A stretch of 64,000 bases of DNA, from NCBI GenBank assembly GCA_963663275.1, contig OY760183.1:3232001-3296000 (forward strand), read 5' to 3'. How positions within the stretch are numbered: the stretch's first letter is position 1; each line of letters starts with the position of its first letter. The position numbers were made by a program, and so were the translations under genes. Below, piece by piece: positions 1 to 9,732 of this stretch. The DNA comes from Chloroflexota bacterium. GTDB lineage: Bacteria; Chloroflexota; UBA11872; VXOZ01. The notes beneath the pieces were generated by a model, which worked only from the letters and a program-made list of their open reading frames with translations, had not been told where the DNA came from and ran no database searches.

Positions 1-606
1 GATGAGGGCAATCAAGGTAGCCGGCGCCGCGGCCCGCGCCAGCCCGCCGCCTTTCACCTGGGAGATGTGTTTGCGTATCGTGTTCACCTCGTTGATGGTC
101 GCGCCGCTGCGCAGCAGCAGGTCCGTGAGATGTTGCAGATCGTCCAGCGTGATGCCGCCCGCCGGCAATTCCATCAGCGCCGAACCGCCGCCGGAAATCA
201 GGCAGAACACCAGGTCGTCCGCGCCGGCATCCGCCGCCAACTGCACAATGCGCTCGGTACCGCGCACGCCGTTCTCATCCGGCACCGGGTGCGCCGCCTC
301 GATCAGCTCGATCCGTTGCGTGGGCACGGCGTAGCCTTCTTTGACGTTCACCACGCCGCCCGCCAGGCGATCGCCCAGAATCTCTTCCAGCGCCTGCGCC
401 ATCGGCCCGCTCGCCTTGCCCGCGCCCACCACGAAAACCCGCCGGTAGGCGTCCAGGTCGTACACAGCGTCCCCCACCGTCAGGCGCTCCCCCTCCCGCC
501 GCACACAGTTCCGCACCGCCTGCGCCGGATCCACCGCCCCCAACGCCGCCCCCAGCACCGCCATCATGTCTTCCCGTTGTGCCGCCGTGATACCCCGCAT
601 CGCCAT
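1..606 (-). CDS. Glycerate 2-kinase (class II, MOFRL/TtuD family), 5' portion; runs off the window edge
   Basis: Not in the ORF track. Manual translation gives MAMRGITAAQREDMMAVLGAALGAVDPAQAV...VFVVGAGKASGPMAQALE...EAAHPVPDENG...CLISGGGSALM...INEVNTIRKHISQVKGGGLA, which carries the characteristic class II glycerate kinase motifs. Confidence 0.9.
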   Translation of the reverse strand, partial: MAMRGITAAQREDMMAVLGAALGAVDPAQAVRNCVRREGERLTVGDAVYDLDAYRRVFVVGAGKASGPMAQALEEILGDRLAGGVVNVKEGYAVPTQRIELIEAAHPVPDENGVRGTERIVQLAADAGADDLVFCLISGGGSALMELPAGGITLDDLQHLTDLLLRSGATINEVNTIRKHISQVKGGGLARAAAPATLIALI

Positions 607-807
607 AACTCATCATGAAATTGACCTGAACGTCTCTTGCCATAGTGTAGCGGAGCGCACTGGGGGATGCGAATGTGGCAAAGTGACGGCTACAATAAGA
701 ACGATGCGGGCAAGAGAGCGAACCCATGTCCCGCGTCTATGGCTGGGACGCATTCACCACACCAAGAAGAATCGATCACAGATCAGTACAACGAAAGGCA
801 CATCCCC

Positions 808-2403
808 ATGCGCGGCACCTGGCGGGCGGGCACGATCGTCTTTATCGCGAGTTTCTGTACGCTGGTCGTCGAGTTGACGGCGGGGCGGATGATTGCGCCG
901 TACTTGGGGGTCTCGTTGTACACCTGGACCAGCGTGATAGGCGTCATGCTGGCGGGCATCAGCCTGGGCAACTACGTCGGCGGGCGCATCGGCGATCGCT
1001 TTCCGGCGGTGTCCACGCTGGGCGTGCTCTTCCTCATTTCCAGCGTCTTTACGCTCACCATCCTGCCGCTGACGGCGATCATCTCCGGCATCGCGCAGGA
1101 CCTGCCCGTGCACCTGATGCTCAAGATCCTCTTCTTTACCGCCGCGGTCTTCTTCCTGCCCAGCGTCTTCATGGGCACCATCACGCCGGTGGTCGTGCGG
1201 CTCGCGTTGGAAGACCTGAGCCGTTCCGGCGGCGTGGTGGGCCGCATCTATGCCCTCTCCACGGTGGGGGCGATCGCCGGCACCTTTGCCACCGGCTTCT
1301 TCCTGGTCTCGTTCTTCGGCACGCGCACGGTGATCCTGCTGGTGGCCGTCATTCTGCTGCTGGTGGCGATACTCTTCGGCAATCTGTGGAACCGCCGCCT
1401 GCTGCTCGGCGGCGGGTTGCTGCTGCTGGCGGGGCTGAGCGTCTACAGCTACGGCCGCAATGCCTACAACCTGCCGCTGGGCTGGAACTACGCGCGGAGC
1501 CTGGCCCAGGACGCCCTGGCGCTGAAGCCGCGCGGCGCGTTTGCCGCGCCCTGCGACGTGGAGACCAACTACTTCTGCATCCGCGTATCCGAGAAGAAAC
1601 TGGCGGAAAACGTCACCCAGCGCCGCTTGGTGCTGGACCACCTGATTCACAGCTACAGCATCCTGGAAGACCCCACGCGCCTGGATTATGATTATGTAAA
1701 GATATACGCCGAACTTATCGCGTACATCGCCGGCGAGCGCAGCGGCATCCGTACCTTCTCCATTGGCGGCGGGGGGTACACGTTTCCCCGCTACCTGGAG
1801 GCGGTCTATCCCGACGCCGTGATCGAGGTGGCGGAGATCGATCCGGCGGTCACGGAAATTGCCCACGCCCGGATGGGACTCCCCCGCGACACGCGCGTTA
1901 TCACCTATAACGAGGACGCGCGCCTGGTGGTGAAGCGCCTGGACGCCGGACAGTACGACGCCATCATCGGCGACGCCTTCAACGACCTCTCCGTGCCCTA
2001 CCACCTGACTACCCGGGAGTTCGCCGAGATCGTCCACGATCTGCTGACCCCGGACGGCTACTATATGCTGAACGTGGTGGATACGTTCGAGCACGGCGTT
2101 TTCCTGCCCTCGCTCATTCTGACTCTGGAGCAGGTCTTCCCCCACGTCTACCTGCTGGCGGAGGGTCCCGGCTGGGAGCAGGAGGGCCGCAATACGTTCG
2201 TGCTGGTGGCCGGCAAGCAGCCGCTCTCCGCGGAGACGCTGCGCGGCCAGGTGGCCGATCTGCTGCCCAACGGCCCGGTGAGCACCTTCCTCAACCCCGC
2301 CCGCCTGCGGGAATACGTGGACAGCCGCCCGGCCGTGATCCTCACCGACAGCTACGCCCCGGTGGATAACATGCTCGCGCCCGTCTTCGCCGAACGGGGG
2401 TAG
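808..2403 (+). CDS. Fused membrane (MFS-like) / spermidine synthase-like SAM-dependent protein
   Basis: About 7 N-terminal TM helices (ELTAGRMIAPYLGVSLYTWTSVIGV, GRIYALSTVGAIAGTF) followed by a Rossmann methyltransferase-like domain (IGGGGYT, EIDP, DAR, IIGDAF, LTDSYAPVD). Start at ATG 808 is preferred over 667. Confidence 0.85.
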   Translation: MRGTWRAGTIVFIASFCTLVVELTAGRMIAPYLGVSLYTWTSVIGVMLAGISLGNYVGGRIGDRFPAVSTLGVLFLISSVFTLTILPLTAIISGIAQDLPVHLMLKILFFTAAVFFLPSVFMGTITPVVVRLALEDLSRSGGVVGRIYALSTVGAIAGTFATGFFLVSFFGTRTVILLVAVILLLVAILFGNLWNRRLLLGGGLLLLAGLSVYSYGRNAYNLPLGWNYARSLAQDALALKPRGAFAAPCDVETNYFCIRVSEKKLAENVTQRRLVLDHLIHSYSILEDPTRLDYDYVKIYAELIAYIAGERSGIRTFSIGGGGYTFPRYLEAVYPDAVIEVAEIDPAVTEIAHARMGLPRDTRVITYNEDARLVVKRLDAGQYDAIIGDAFNDLSVPYHLTTREFAEIVHDLLTPDGYYMLNVVDTFEHGVFLPSLILTLEQVFPHVYLLAEGPGWEQEGRNTFVLVAGKQPLSAETLRGQVADLLPNGPVSTFLNPARLREYVDSRPAVILTDSYAPVDNMLAPVFAERG

Positions 2404-2520
2404 GCAGTTGCGACATTCCATTTCACCCCGCAGCAAGTCACGTCATTCCGAGCGCAGCGAGGAGTCTAAAGCGTAGCCATGGCCTCATGACCAACGGTGT
2501 CGCGGTGGTTTCGCATCACT

Positions 2521-2800
2521 GTAGCGCGGGGACTGGCATTACTGTAGCGCGGGGGCTTGTCCCCCGCCGGAACACGGGAACCTAGGGCCAAGCGTGCAAT
2601 GCGGGGCCTCATTCCCACGTGTCGCACTACCGTAGCGCGGGGGCTTGTCCCCCGCCGGATCACGGGAACCTAGGGCCAAGCGCGCAATGCGGGGCCTCAT
2701 TCCCTATGTGTCGCACTGCCGTAGCGCGGGGGCTTGTCCCCCGCCGGATCACGGAAATTGCGGCCAAGCGTGCCATGCGGGACATGTCTGCAACACTGCC
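2521..2800. repeat. Three tandem 88-89 bp units, each headed by REP family A (GTAGCGCGGGGGCTTGTCCCCCG)
   Basis: Unit starts at 2544, 2632 and 2721. The internal sequence (GGAACCTAGGGCCAAGCG.GCAATGCGGGGCCTCATTCCC) is near-identical in the first two units and degenerate in the third. Confidence 0.9.
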
Positions 2801-2982
2801 GCTGAGAACAGCGCATGAGTGGACGCTTGACCCCACCAAAGACGCAGGTTTGTAACCTGCGCACTCCTACCGTGTCACGGGATAACGACGCCACGGGCTA
2901 CTCCCACCATTACAATAGTGTTGGACCAATTCACTCCCAAACCGCGAAAGCGGCGCATCCTAGCCGAAAGAATGTCACGTCA

Positions 2983-3966
2983 ATGGAATCCCAAACCGAC
3001 GACATAGCCGCCCGCCTGTTGCGCTGCCCGGTGGGGTGCGCCTTTCTGCTGACCATCGCGCGGGACAAGATCCCCGTCGCGGATGCCATCACGCCCCGGC
3101 AAGCGTTCGCGCGCGCCGCCGTCGCTCTGAATGAGCTCAATCCGTGGTCGCCGCTCTTCGAACGGGCCGTCCCGGCCGCGCTTTCACGCGGCGCGGACCT
3201 GGTACACCTGGCGCATGAAGTGGCGGCGCATCCCGCAAGCCGCTGGTGGTCGGCCCCGCTTGACCGCGCCCGGCAGGTACTCGTGGTTGACGACACGGTG
3301 TACCCCGCTCCCGCCCGCGCCGCGCCGTCTCGCCGCGTTCTGACCCGCCTCTTCGGCAGGCTCAAGCGACCGGCTTCCCGCGACACGCCGCCCCAGTCGA
3401 ACATCCACTGGGAGGACTACGCGCAACGCCCGGAAAGCTGGCGGCTAACCTCCACGCTTCACGAAGGGTATGCGTGCGTTGACACCGTGATCGCACACGG
3501 CGTCGGCGACTGGCCGTCGCCCGACGCACAACGCAGGTTCGTTGCCGTAATCGAAGAATCGGCCCGTGTCTACGAGATTTCCGGTCCCGCCGGCTGGCAC
3601 GCGCTCTGCGTCTCCTATCCGCGTGTCAATGAGCACCCCAATAGCCCGGCCGGGGTCGGCACGCTGTCGCCGGACTGGCGCCGCGTTGCCACGGAATGGG
3701 ACGGCGTCCACCTGACATTAATGGGACTCCTGACCGCGCCGTTCGTGCGCCACAGCACGGCGGCCGGAACCACCATGCTCTGGTCGTGGGATACCGAGGG
3801 CACGATGTGGCTGCCCGGCGAGTTCCTGCGCCCGAGCGCGCCGCTCCCATCCTTGTCGGAACGCGACGCCCGGGCGTTCGACGCCATAACCGCGCCATTG
3901 ATGGATGATGACCTGGGAATACCCCAATGGCCGCCCGTCCCCGGCGTCAAACGCTACCACCTGTGA
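2983..3966 (+). CDS. Hypothetical protein (PDW...WDGVHLT...WDTEGTMWL motif)
   Basis: Long ORF with coding-like codon usage. The motif resembles uncharacterised proteins of high-GC bacteria. Function not assignable. Confidence 0.7.
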   Translation: MESQTDDIAARLLRCPVGCAFLLTIARDKIPVADAITPRQAFARAAVALNELNPWSPLFERAVPAALSRGADLVHLAHEVAAHPASRWWSAPLDRARQVLVVDDTVYPAPARAAPSRRVLTRLFGRLKRPASRDTPPQSNIHWEDYAQRPESWRLTSTLHEGYACVDTVIAHGVGDWPSPDAQRRFVAVIEESARVYEISGPAGWHALCVSYPRVNEHPNSPAGVGTLSPDWRRVATEWDGVHLTLMGLLTAPFVRHSTAAGTTMLWSWDTEGTMWLPGEFLRPSAPLPSLSERDARAFDAITAPLMDDDLGIPQWPPVPGVKRYHL

Positions 3967-3969
3967 TCG

Positions 3970-4944
3970 TCACCGCCGCAGCCAGTAGTTTATGCCGTAC
4001 GTCTCGCCGCCGGCTGGGAGCCAATCCGGCCAGGAGGCTTGGAGCGTGAAGCCGTGGGACTGGAGGAGGTCGTTCTTGGGTGAATCGTGGTCGGCGTAAG
4101 CGAAGAGCGGCTTGGGCGGCAGGGGGAGCGCCGCCAGCAGGTCCGCCGCCCCGTGCCAGGCGGCCGGATGCACGAAGAGGTCGAGCAGCGCGGCCCGCCC
4201 GCGCCAGACGGGATCGTCCTCCACGCCGGCCCATCCCACCACCAGGCCGGCAGCGTTTTCCAGCACACGCGCCGCCGGCGAAGCGTCCCCGGCATCCAGC
4301 GCGCGCTTATACGGCACGAATTCGCCCTCGAAATTGCGCTGGCCCCAGACGCCGCGCGCGGCCTGCCGCAGCCGGTCGCCGTGGGGTTGGTGGCAGAGCA
4401 GATTCAGCAGCGGCCAGTGTTCCCAGCGCGGCGCCGCCAAACCCACAACCGGGGCGCGCCAGAGTTCCTCCGCTTGTTCCGGCTGCCGCCAGTACCACAT
4501 GGCGCCGGTACCCGGGGCGCTGCTGCGAAAGCCGTGGCTGTGGTAGATCCAATACGGCGGCGAATCGAAGCCGGTGCCCAGCGTCAGCGCCCGTCCGCCG
4601 CGCGCGCGAAAGTCCGCCATCTGCGCCGCCATGATGCGGCTGGCGATGCCCTTGCGCCGCTGTTCCGGGCGGGTGAAGACGTGGCCCAGGATGCCGATGC
4701 CGCCGTGCTCCACCGTCATGATGTTGCCCGCCGCCTGCCCGTCCACCACGCCCAGGTGGAAGCGTGTCTCCAGGGCGTCCAGCGGCCCGGCCACGGCGCG
4801 CTCGATGTGCCAATGCACGTGCTCGCGCTTGTGCACCAGCAACTCTTGAATGTCCGCGGCCCAGCGCGCCTCCGGCTCCTCCACCAGCAGACACTCCATC
4901 TCCTCACCGCTCTTCAGCGTGACCCGCGCCAATTCCCGCACCAT
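3970..4944 (-). CDS. GNAT family N-acetyltransferase
   Basis: Acetyl-CoA motif A: GHVFTRPEQRRKGIAS; motif B: YWIYHSHGF. Confidence 0.85.
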   Translation of the reverse strand: MVRELARVTLKSGEEMECLLVEEPEARWAADIQELLVHKREHVHWHIERAVAGPLDALETRFHLGVVDGQAAGNIMTVEHGGIGILGHVFTRPEQRRKGIASRIMAAQMADFRARGGRALTLGTGFDSPPYWIYHSHGFRSSAPGTGAMWYWRQPEQAEELWRAPVVGLAAPRWEHWPLLNLLCHQPHGDRLRQAARGVWGQRNFEGEFVPYKRALDAGDASPAARVLENAAGLVVGWAGVEDDPVWRGRAALLDLFVHPAAWHGAADLLAALPLPPKPLFAYADHDSPKNDLLQSHGFTLQASWPDWLPAGGETYGINYWLRR

Positions 4945-4948
4945 GGTT

Positions 4949-5097
4949 TAACAGATACTCCTCGCGCCTGGGTTTACAGACAGTCCCCGCGCCTCGGCTA
5001 ACTGCTAGTCCTCACGCTTCGACTAACAGACAGTCTCCGCGCCTCGGTTTACAGAAAGTCCTCGCGCTTCGACATCGGATAATCCTCGTGCCTATTT
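4949..5097. repeat. Degenerate 25-bp tandem array (5 full units plus 1 partial)
   Basis: Units: TAACAGATACTCCTCGCGCCTGGGT / TTACAGACAGTCCCCGCGCCTCGGC / TAACTGCTAGTCCTCACGCTTCGAC / TAACAGACAGTCTCCGCGCCTCGGT / TTACAGAAAGTCCTCGCGCTTCGAC. Confidence 0.85.
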
Positions 5098-5214
5098 CGC
5101 GTTCGTAGCAAGCAGAACACACACACGCCCGCCGGGTCAAATGCCGTACGCTCCGCTCCCTTACCCTGCAGTACGCTCCGCTCCTTCCCCCTGCCACACT
5201 TCGCTTTTTCTCCC

Positions 5215-5600
5215 TGGGGCTGAGAGGTATGTGTAGGTGTCATTCCGAGCGGAGCGCAGCGCAGCGAGGAATCCAGGGCAGTGACCCGCAAATCCAGCAT
5301 CCTTAGATTCCTCTCTCCGCTGCGCTCCGTTCGGAATGACACTCGCATGCCGTTGTCGGCCCAGGAGAGGGAACCGGATGGCATCCTCTCTTGCCCCATC
5401 TCCCTGGGGAGAGGGCCGGGGTGAGGGGGATTCGCGTAGCGCGAAAATCTCCCCTCAAGGGCGCCACACAAGAGTGGAGAGTTACGAGCAGGATGCTCCT
5501 ACACGGTCTGCCATGCGGCATAGGGGCACGACTTGCCAGCAGGCGCAGAGGCACGACTTGCCATCAGGCGTAGGGGCACGACATGTCGTGCCCCTACGCC
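5215..5600. repeat. Mosaic REP cluster: family B doublet (GTCATTCCGAGCG...CGGAATGAC), family C hairpin, family D palindrome (GTAGGGGCACGACATGTCGTGCCCCTAC)
   Basis: The same motifs recur at 12235, 16061, 26387, 32717, 37323 and 61984. Confidence 0.85.
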
Positions 5601-5800
5601 TGCGGTACGAGAGATCGTTCGTATAACCAGCGCGGATTCGTTGCGCTTATCTATAGCGGATTCGTTGTGCCTATCCACATAGGTATCGCACGCGGCAGCA
5701 TTGGAACATCCCTGCCGCCTCTCAAGACGCCGTAATGTACTATCATAGAGGGAGCGCATCCACCAACAGGGTTTCGACCCAACCCAAGGCCAACGGCACG

Positions 5801-6505
5801 ATGAACACCTCCGCCCAGAACAACGCCCGCCCGCGCCGCGAAAATCCGCTGCTCAGCCTGCTGCTCAACATTGTCGTCCCGGTCATCATCCTTACGCGCT
5901 TCAGCGGCGACGAGTGGCTGGGGCCGGTGAACGGGCTTCTCGTCGCCCTGGCCTTCCCGCTGGCGTACGGGCTGTTCGACTTCTACCAGCGGCGCACGTT
6001 CAACTTCCTGCCGGTCATCGGCGTCGTCGGCATCCTGCTCACCGGCGGCATCGGACTGCTCAAGCTCGACCCCAAGTGGATTGCCGTCAAGGAGGCGGCC
6101 GTGCCGCTGGTCATCGGCCTCGTCGTGCTCGGTTCGCTCAAGACCCGTTTCTCGCTGCTTGCCATGCTGCTGAACCAGGTTATCGACAGCGCCGCCGTCA
6201 GCGCCGCCCTCGACGCCCGGGGCACACGGCCGGCCTATGAAAAGCGCCTGGTGAACGGCACCATGATCGTGGCGGCGTCGTTCTTCCTCTCCGCGCTCCT
6301 GAACTACGTCCTGGCGCGCCTGGTGGTGGTGAGCACGCCGGGCACCACGGCCTTCAACGAAGAGTTGGGCAAGATGACGGCCCTGAGTTTCCCCGTGATC
6401 TCCGTGCCCGCCATCATCATCCTCACGATCGCCATTTTCTACACCGTCTTCGGCATCCGGCGGCTCACCGGCATGGAGTTGGAACGCATCTTTCAGAAGC
6501 GATAG
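5801..6505 (+). CDS. VC0807-like integral membrane protein
   Basis: Motifs NPLLSLLLNIVVPVIIL, WIAVKEAAVP and FNEELGKMTALSFPVI; about 6 TM helices. Confidence 0.75.
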   Translation: MNTSAQNNARPRRENPLLSLLLNIVVPVIILTRFSGDEWLGPVNGLLVALAFPLAYGLFDFYQRRTFNFLPVIGVVGILLTGGIGLLKLDPKWIAVKEAAVPLVIGLVVLGSLKTRFSLLAMLLNQVIDSAAVSAALDARGTRPAYEKRLVNGTMIVAASFFLSALLNYVLARLVVVSTPGTTAFNEELGKMTALSFPVISVPAIIILTIAIFYTVFGIRRLTGMELERIFQKR

Positions 6506-6799
6506 GCTGCGTTGCCGATTCCGCTTTGGCGACCTTGGGGCATCCGCAAGGTCGCGCAAGCGCATGAAAGGCGAACCCGGCTCCCTCCGTTCGTGCTGAG
6601 CGCGTCGGAGCATGAACGGAAAGATGTAGGATTGAAGCGAATGTACGTTTCCTGCACCGTTCACCCTTCGACGGCGCTCAGGGCGAACGGTCTGGCTGCC
6701 TGCTTTCATGGGTATTGCGCGCCTGCCGATTGACGCCGCCCGCGCCTTGCGCCTATACTCGCCTCATCGAGACACGCCCAACGCAAACCGCAAGAAGGG

Positions 6800-8920
6800 A
6801 TGAACGCCGCCATGGCAACCGTCGCCACACCTACAGCCACTGACGCGCTTCCGGCCACCATGCTCCACGACTACCTGATGCAGCAAGCCCACGCGCTGTT
6901 CGATCACGCGGAGAAGGAACGCGCCGCCATAACTACGCCGGCGCAGTGGGAGCGGCGGCGCGAGCGCCTGATGGCCGCCTTCCAGCAAGCCATAGGGCCT
7001 TTTCCGGCGGAAAAGACCCCGCTGAATACCCGCCTGGTGGGCACGCTGGAACGCGAACGCTACACCATCGAGAAGATCATCTTCGAGAGCCGCCCCCGCT
7101 TCTACGTGACCGCGGTGGCCTACGTGCCCAAACACCACGCGCCGCCGTATCCGGGCATGCTCTTTCCGCTGGGACACAGCCGCAACGGCAAGGCGGCGGA
7201 TGGCTACCAGCGCACGCCGGCGGGCTTTGCCGAAAAAGGCTACCTCGTGCTGGCCTACGATCCGCTGGGCCAGGGCGAGCGCTGGCAGTACTGGGACCCG
7301 GAGACACGGGATTCCCCCTTCACCGCCTCCACCCGCGAGCACAGCAACCTGGGCGCGCAATGCCTGCTGCTGGGCGTCAACCTGGCCCAGTACATGATCT
7401 GGGATAGCATCCGCGCGCTGGACTGCCTGCTGGCGCGGGACGACGTGGACCCGACCCGGGTCGGCTGCACCGGCGTCTCCGGCGGCGGCACGAACACCGC
7501 CTACTACGTGCCGTTCGACGAGCGGATTACGGCGGCTATGCCCACCTGCTACATCGCCGGTTTTCCGGCGCTGCTCGATAGCGTCGGCCCCCAGGACGCC
7601 GAGCAGAATCTCTTCGGACAACTGGCCGTGGGTCTCGACCACGACGATTACCTGGCGCTGGTCGCGCCGCGACCGCTCTGCGTGGGCGCTGCCACCGGCG
7701 ACTACTTTCCGCTGGCAGGCGCGCGCCGCTGCGTGGAAAGCGCCGAGCGGGTCTACGCCGCGGTCGGCGCGCCCGACAACCTGGCGCTGGCCGTGGCGGA
7801 ACAGAATCACGGCTACCACCTGCCCATGCGCCAGGCCGCCTACGCCTGGTTCAACCGGCTGTTCGATAAGGAAGAGGAAGGCAGCGGCGAGACCGAGATT
7901 GAACTGGAGCCGGACGAGACGCTCTTTTGCACGGAAACCGGCAACGTGCACGAACTCGGCGGCGAGACCGTCTTCTCGCTCAACCGCGCGCTGCTGGCCG
8001 GCGTGGATCCGGGACTGCCGGAAGTAGGCTCCCAGCGCGAGGCCGCCAAGTACCAGCAGGTCGCGCGCGAGCGCGTGCGCCGGGTGCTCTCCGCCTTTCC
8101 CTTAGCGGGCGATCTGAAAATCTCGCGCGGGCCGCTTGCCGCCAGCGAGCACGTGCGGCGCGAGCGCATCGTCTTCGAATCCGAACCCGGTATTCTCATC
8201 CCCGGCGTGCTGCGCATGCCGTCCGGCCCACAGCACGACACACTCTTGCTCTGGGTAGACGAGGACGGCAAGGACGCCGAGCGCAGCGCGGTGCTGCTGG
8301 ACGCTCTTGCCACTCGCGGCGCGGCTTCCCTGGCGCTCGATCCCCGGGGCATGGGCGAAACCGGCTTTCCAACGGCGGACAATCCGCAGACAAGCGACAA
8401 CGGCCACGTCAGCCACAAAACGGCCTACATGGGCCTCTTGCAAGCCCGGCCTTTGCTGGGAATGCGCGTGCAGGACGTTATCCGCGGCCTGGACGCGCTC
8501 CTGGCCCTGCCGGAGACAACCGCGAAACGGGTCGTGCTGGGCGGGCGCGGCGGCGGCGCGCTGCTGGCGCTGTTTGCCGGCGCCCTGGACCAGCGGGCCG
8601 CCGGGGTGGTGGCCCACGAGTGCCTGGCTTCCTTCCGCTGGCTGGTGGAAAACGAGTACTACGCCTACGACGCCTCGTGGTTCCTCTTCGACGCGCTGCG
8701 CGAGTTCGACATTTGCGACGCGGCGGCGCTGGTCGCGCCCCGCCCGCTGGTGGCCTGGACGCCCCACGACCACCAACGCCGGCCGGCGGCCGCGGAAGCG
8801 GTGGAGGCGGCCTGCCTGCGCACCACCGCCGCCTACCACGCGCTTGGCGCGTCCGACGCGCTGCGCTACCGCGACGACGCCCTGACCTCCGAGCGGCTGG
8901 CCGGCGCGCTGGAGCTTTAG
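6800..8920 (+). CDS. Acetylxylan esterase-like protein with tandem alpha/beta hydrolase domains
   Basis: IEKIIFESRP, PLGH..NGK, YDPLGQGER, nucleophile elbow GCTGVSGGG, LVAPRPL. The second, degenerate domain has DPRGMGET and GRGGGA. Confidence 0.8.
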   Translation: MNAAMATVATPTATDALPATMLHDYLMQQAHALFDHAEKERAAITTPAQWERRRERLMAAFQQAIGPFPAEKTPLNTRLVGTLERERYTIEKIIFESRPRFYVTAVAYVPKHHAPPYPGMLFPLGHSRNGKAADGYQRTPAGFAEKGYLVLAYDPLGQGERWQYWDPETRDSPFTASTREHSNLGAQCLLLGVNLAQYMIWDSIRALDCLLARDDVDPTRVGCTGVSGGGTNTAYYVPFDERITAAMPTCYIAGFPALLDSVGPQDAEQNLFGQLAVGLDHDDYLALVAPRPLCVGAATGDYFPLAGARRCVESAERVYAAVGAPDNLALAVAEQNHGYHLPMRQAAYAWFNRLFDKEEEGSGETEIELEPDETLFCTETGNVHELGGETVFSLNRALLAGVDPGLPEVGSQREAAKYQQVARERVRRVLSAFPLAGDLKISRGPLAASEHVRRERIVFESEPGILIPGVLRMPSGPQHDTLLLWVDEDGKDAERSAVLLDALATRGAASLALDPRGMGETGFPTADNPQTSDNGHVSHKTAYMGLLQARPLLGMRVQDVIRGLDALLALPETTAKRVVLGGRGGGALLALFAGALDQRAAGVVAHECLASFRWLVENEYYAYDASWFLFDALREFDICDAAALVAPRPLVAWTPHDHQRRPAAAEAVEAACLRTTAAYHALGASDALRYRDDALTSERLAGALEL

Positions 8921-8922
8921 CA

Positions 8923-9732
8923 TTGAGCCGGGCGCCCGGCGCGGCCGCGATTGCCGCCGCGCGTGAAGCCGGCGCGCATCTCCGCGCCAACGCGGCCAAA
9001 GCAGCCGTTGTGGAAACCAAAGGCCGGGGCGACTACGTCACCGGCCTCGACCTGGCCGCCAACGACCTCATCCAGGCGCGCCTCCGCGCCGCTTTTCCCA
9101 ATTACCTCTTCCTCTCCGAAGAGGCCGCCAGCGCCCCGCTCTCCGATGAACCGACCTGGATCATCGACCCGATCGACGGCACCCTCAACATCGCCAACCG
9201 CTTTCCGCTCTTCAGCGTCAGCATCGCGCTGGTGGAAGGCAAGCGGCCGGTGGCGGGCGTGGTGTACGATCCCTTGCTCGACGATCTCTTTGCGGCGGAG
9301 GCGGACGGCGGCGCGACCTGGAACGACGAGGCCATTGCCGCTCGCCGAAGCGTCCCCTGGCGGGACGCGCTGCTGGGCTTCGACCTGGGCCACCACGACC
9401 AGGCCGCCCACGACAGCCTGGCGCTCGCCGCGGCGCTGCGTCCCCAGGTAGCGGGACTGCGGCTCACCGGCTCGGCGGCGCTGGCGCTCTGCTACGTGGC
9501 GGCGGGACGCCTCAGCGGATTCTTCCACCACCGGCTCGAACCCTGGGACATGGCCGCCGCGCTGCTGATCGTGCGCGAAGCCGGCGGCCGCGTGACGACC
9601 CTGGACGGTGACCCGGTGACCCGTCCGCAGGCCGGCTCCGTCATCGCGGGGAGCGAATCAGTCGTGCAGAGAATCGCGCTCGCCGAGCGGACGCGCCGCG
9701 CCGCGCAGAAAGAATCTAAAGGCGCTCCATGA
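8923..9732 (+). CDS. Inositol monophosphatase family protein (SuhB-like)
   Basis: Motifs LSEE, WIIDPIDGTLN, GSAALALCYVAAGR, PWDMAAALLIVREAGG. Probable TTG start at 8923 with GGAG at 8911. Confidence 0.88.
   Translation: MSRAPGAAAIAAAREAGAHLRANAAKAAVVETKGRGDYVTGLDLAANDLIQARLRAAFPNYLFLSEEAASAPLSDEPTWIIDPIDGTLNIANRFPLFSVSIALVEGKRPVAGVVYDPLLDDLFAAEADGGATWNDEAIAARRSVPWRDALLGFDLGHHDQAAHDSLALAAALRPQVAGLRLTGSAALALCYVAAGRLSGFFHHRLEPWDMAAALLIVREAGGRVTTLDGDPVTRPQAGSVIAGSESVVQRIALAERTRRAAQKESKGAP

Noticed and set aside
7927-9732. 601-aa ORF as a fusion protein
   Set aside because: The first ~330 codons are an off-frame overlap of the esterase gene; the inositol monophosphatase begins near 8923.
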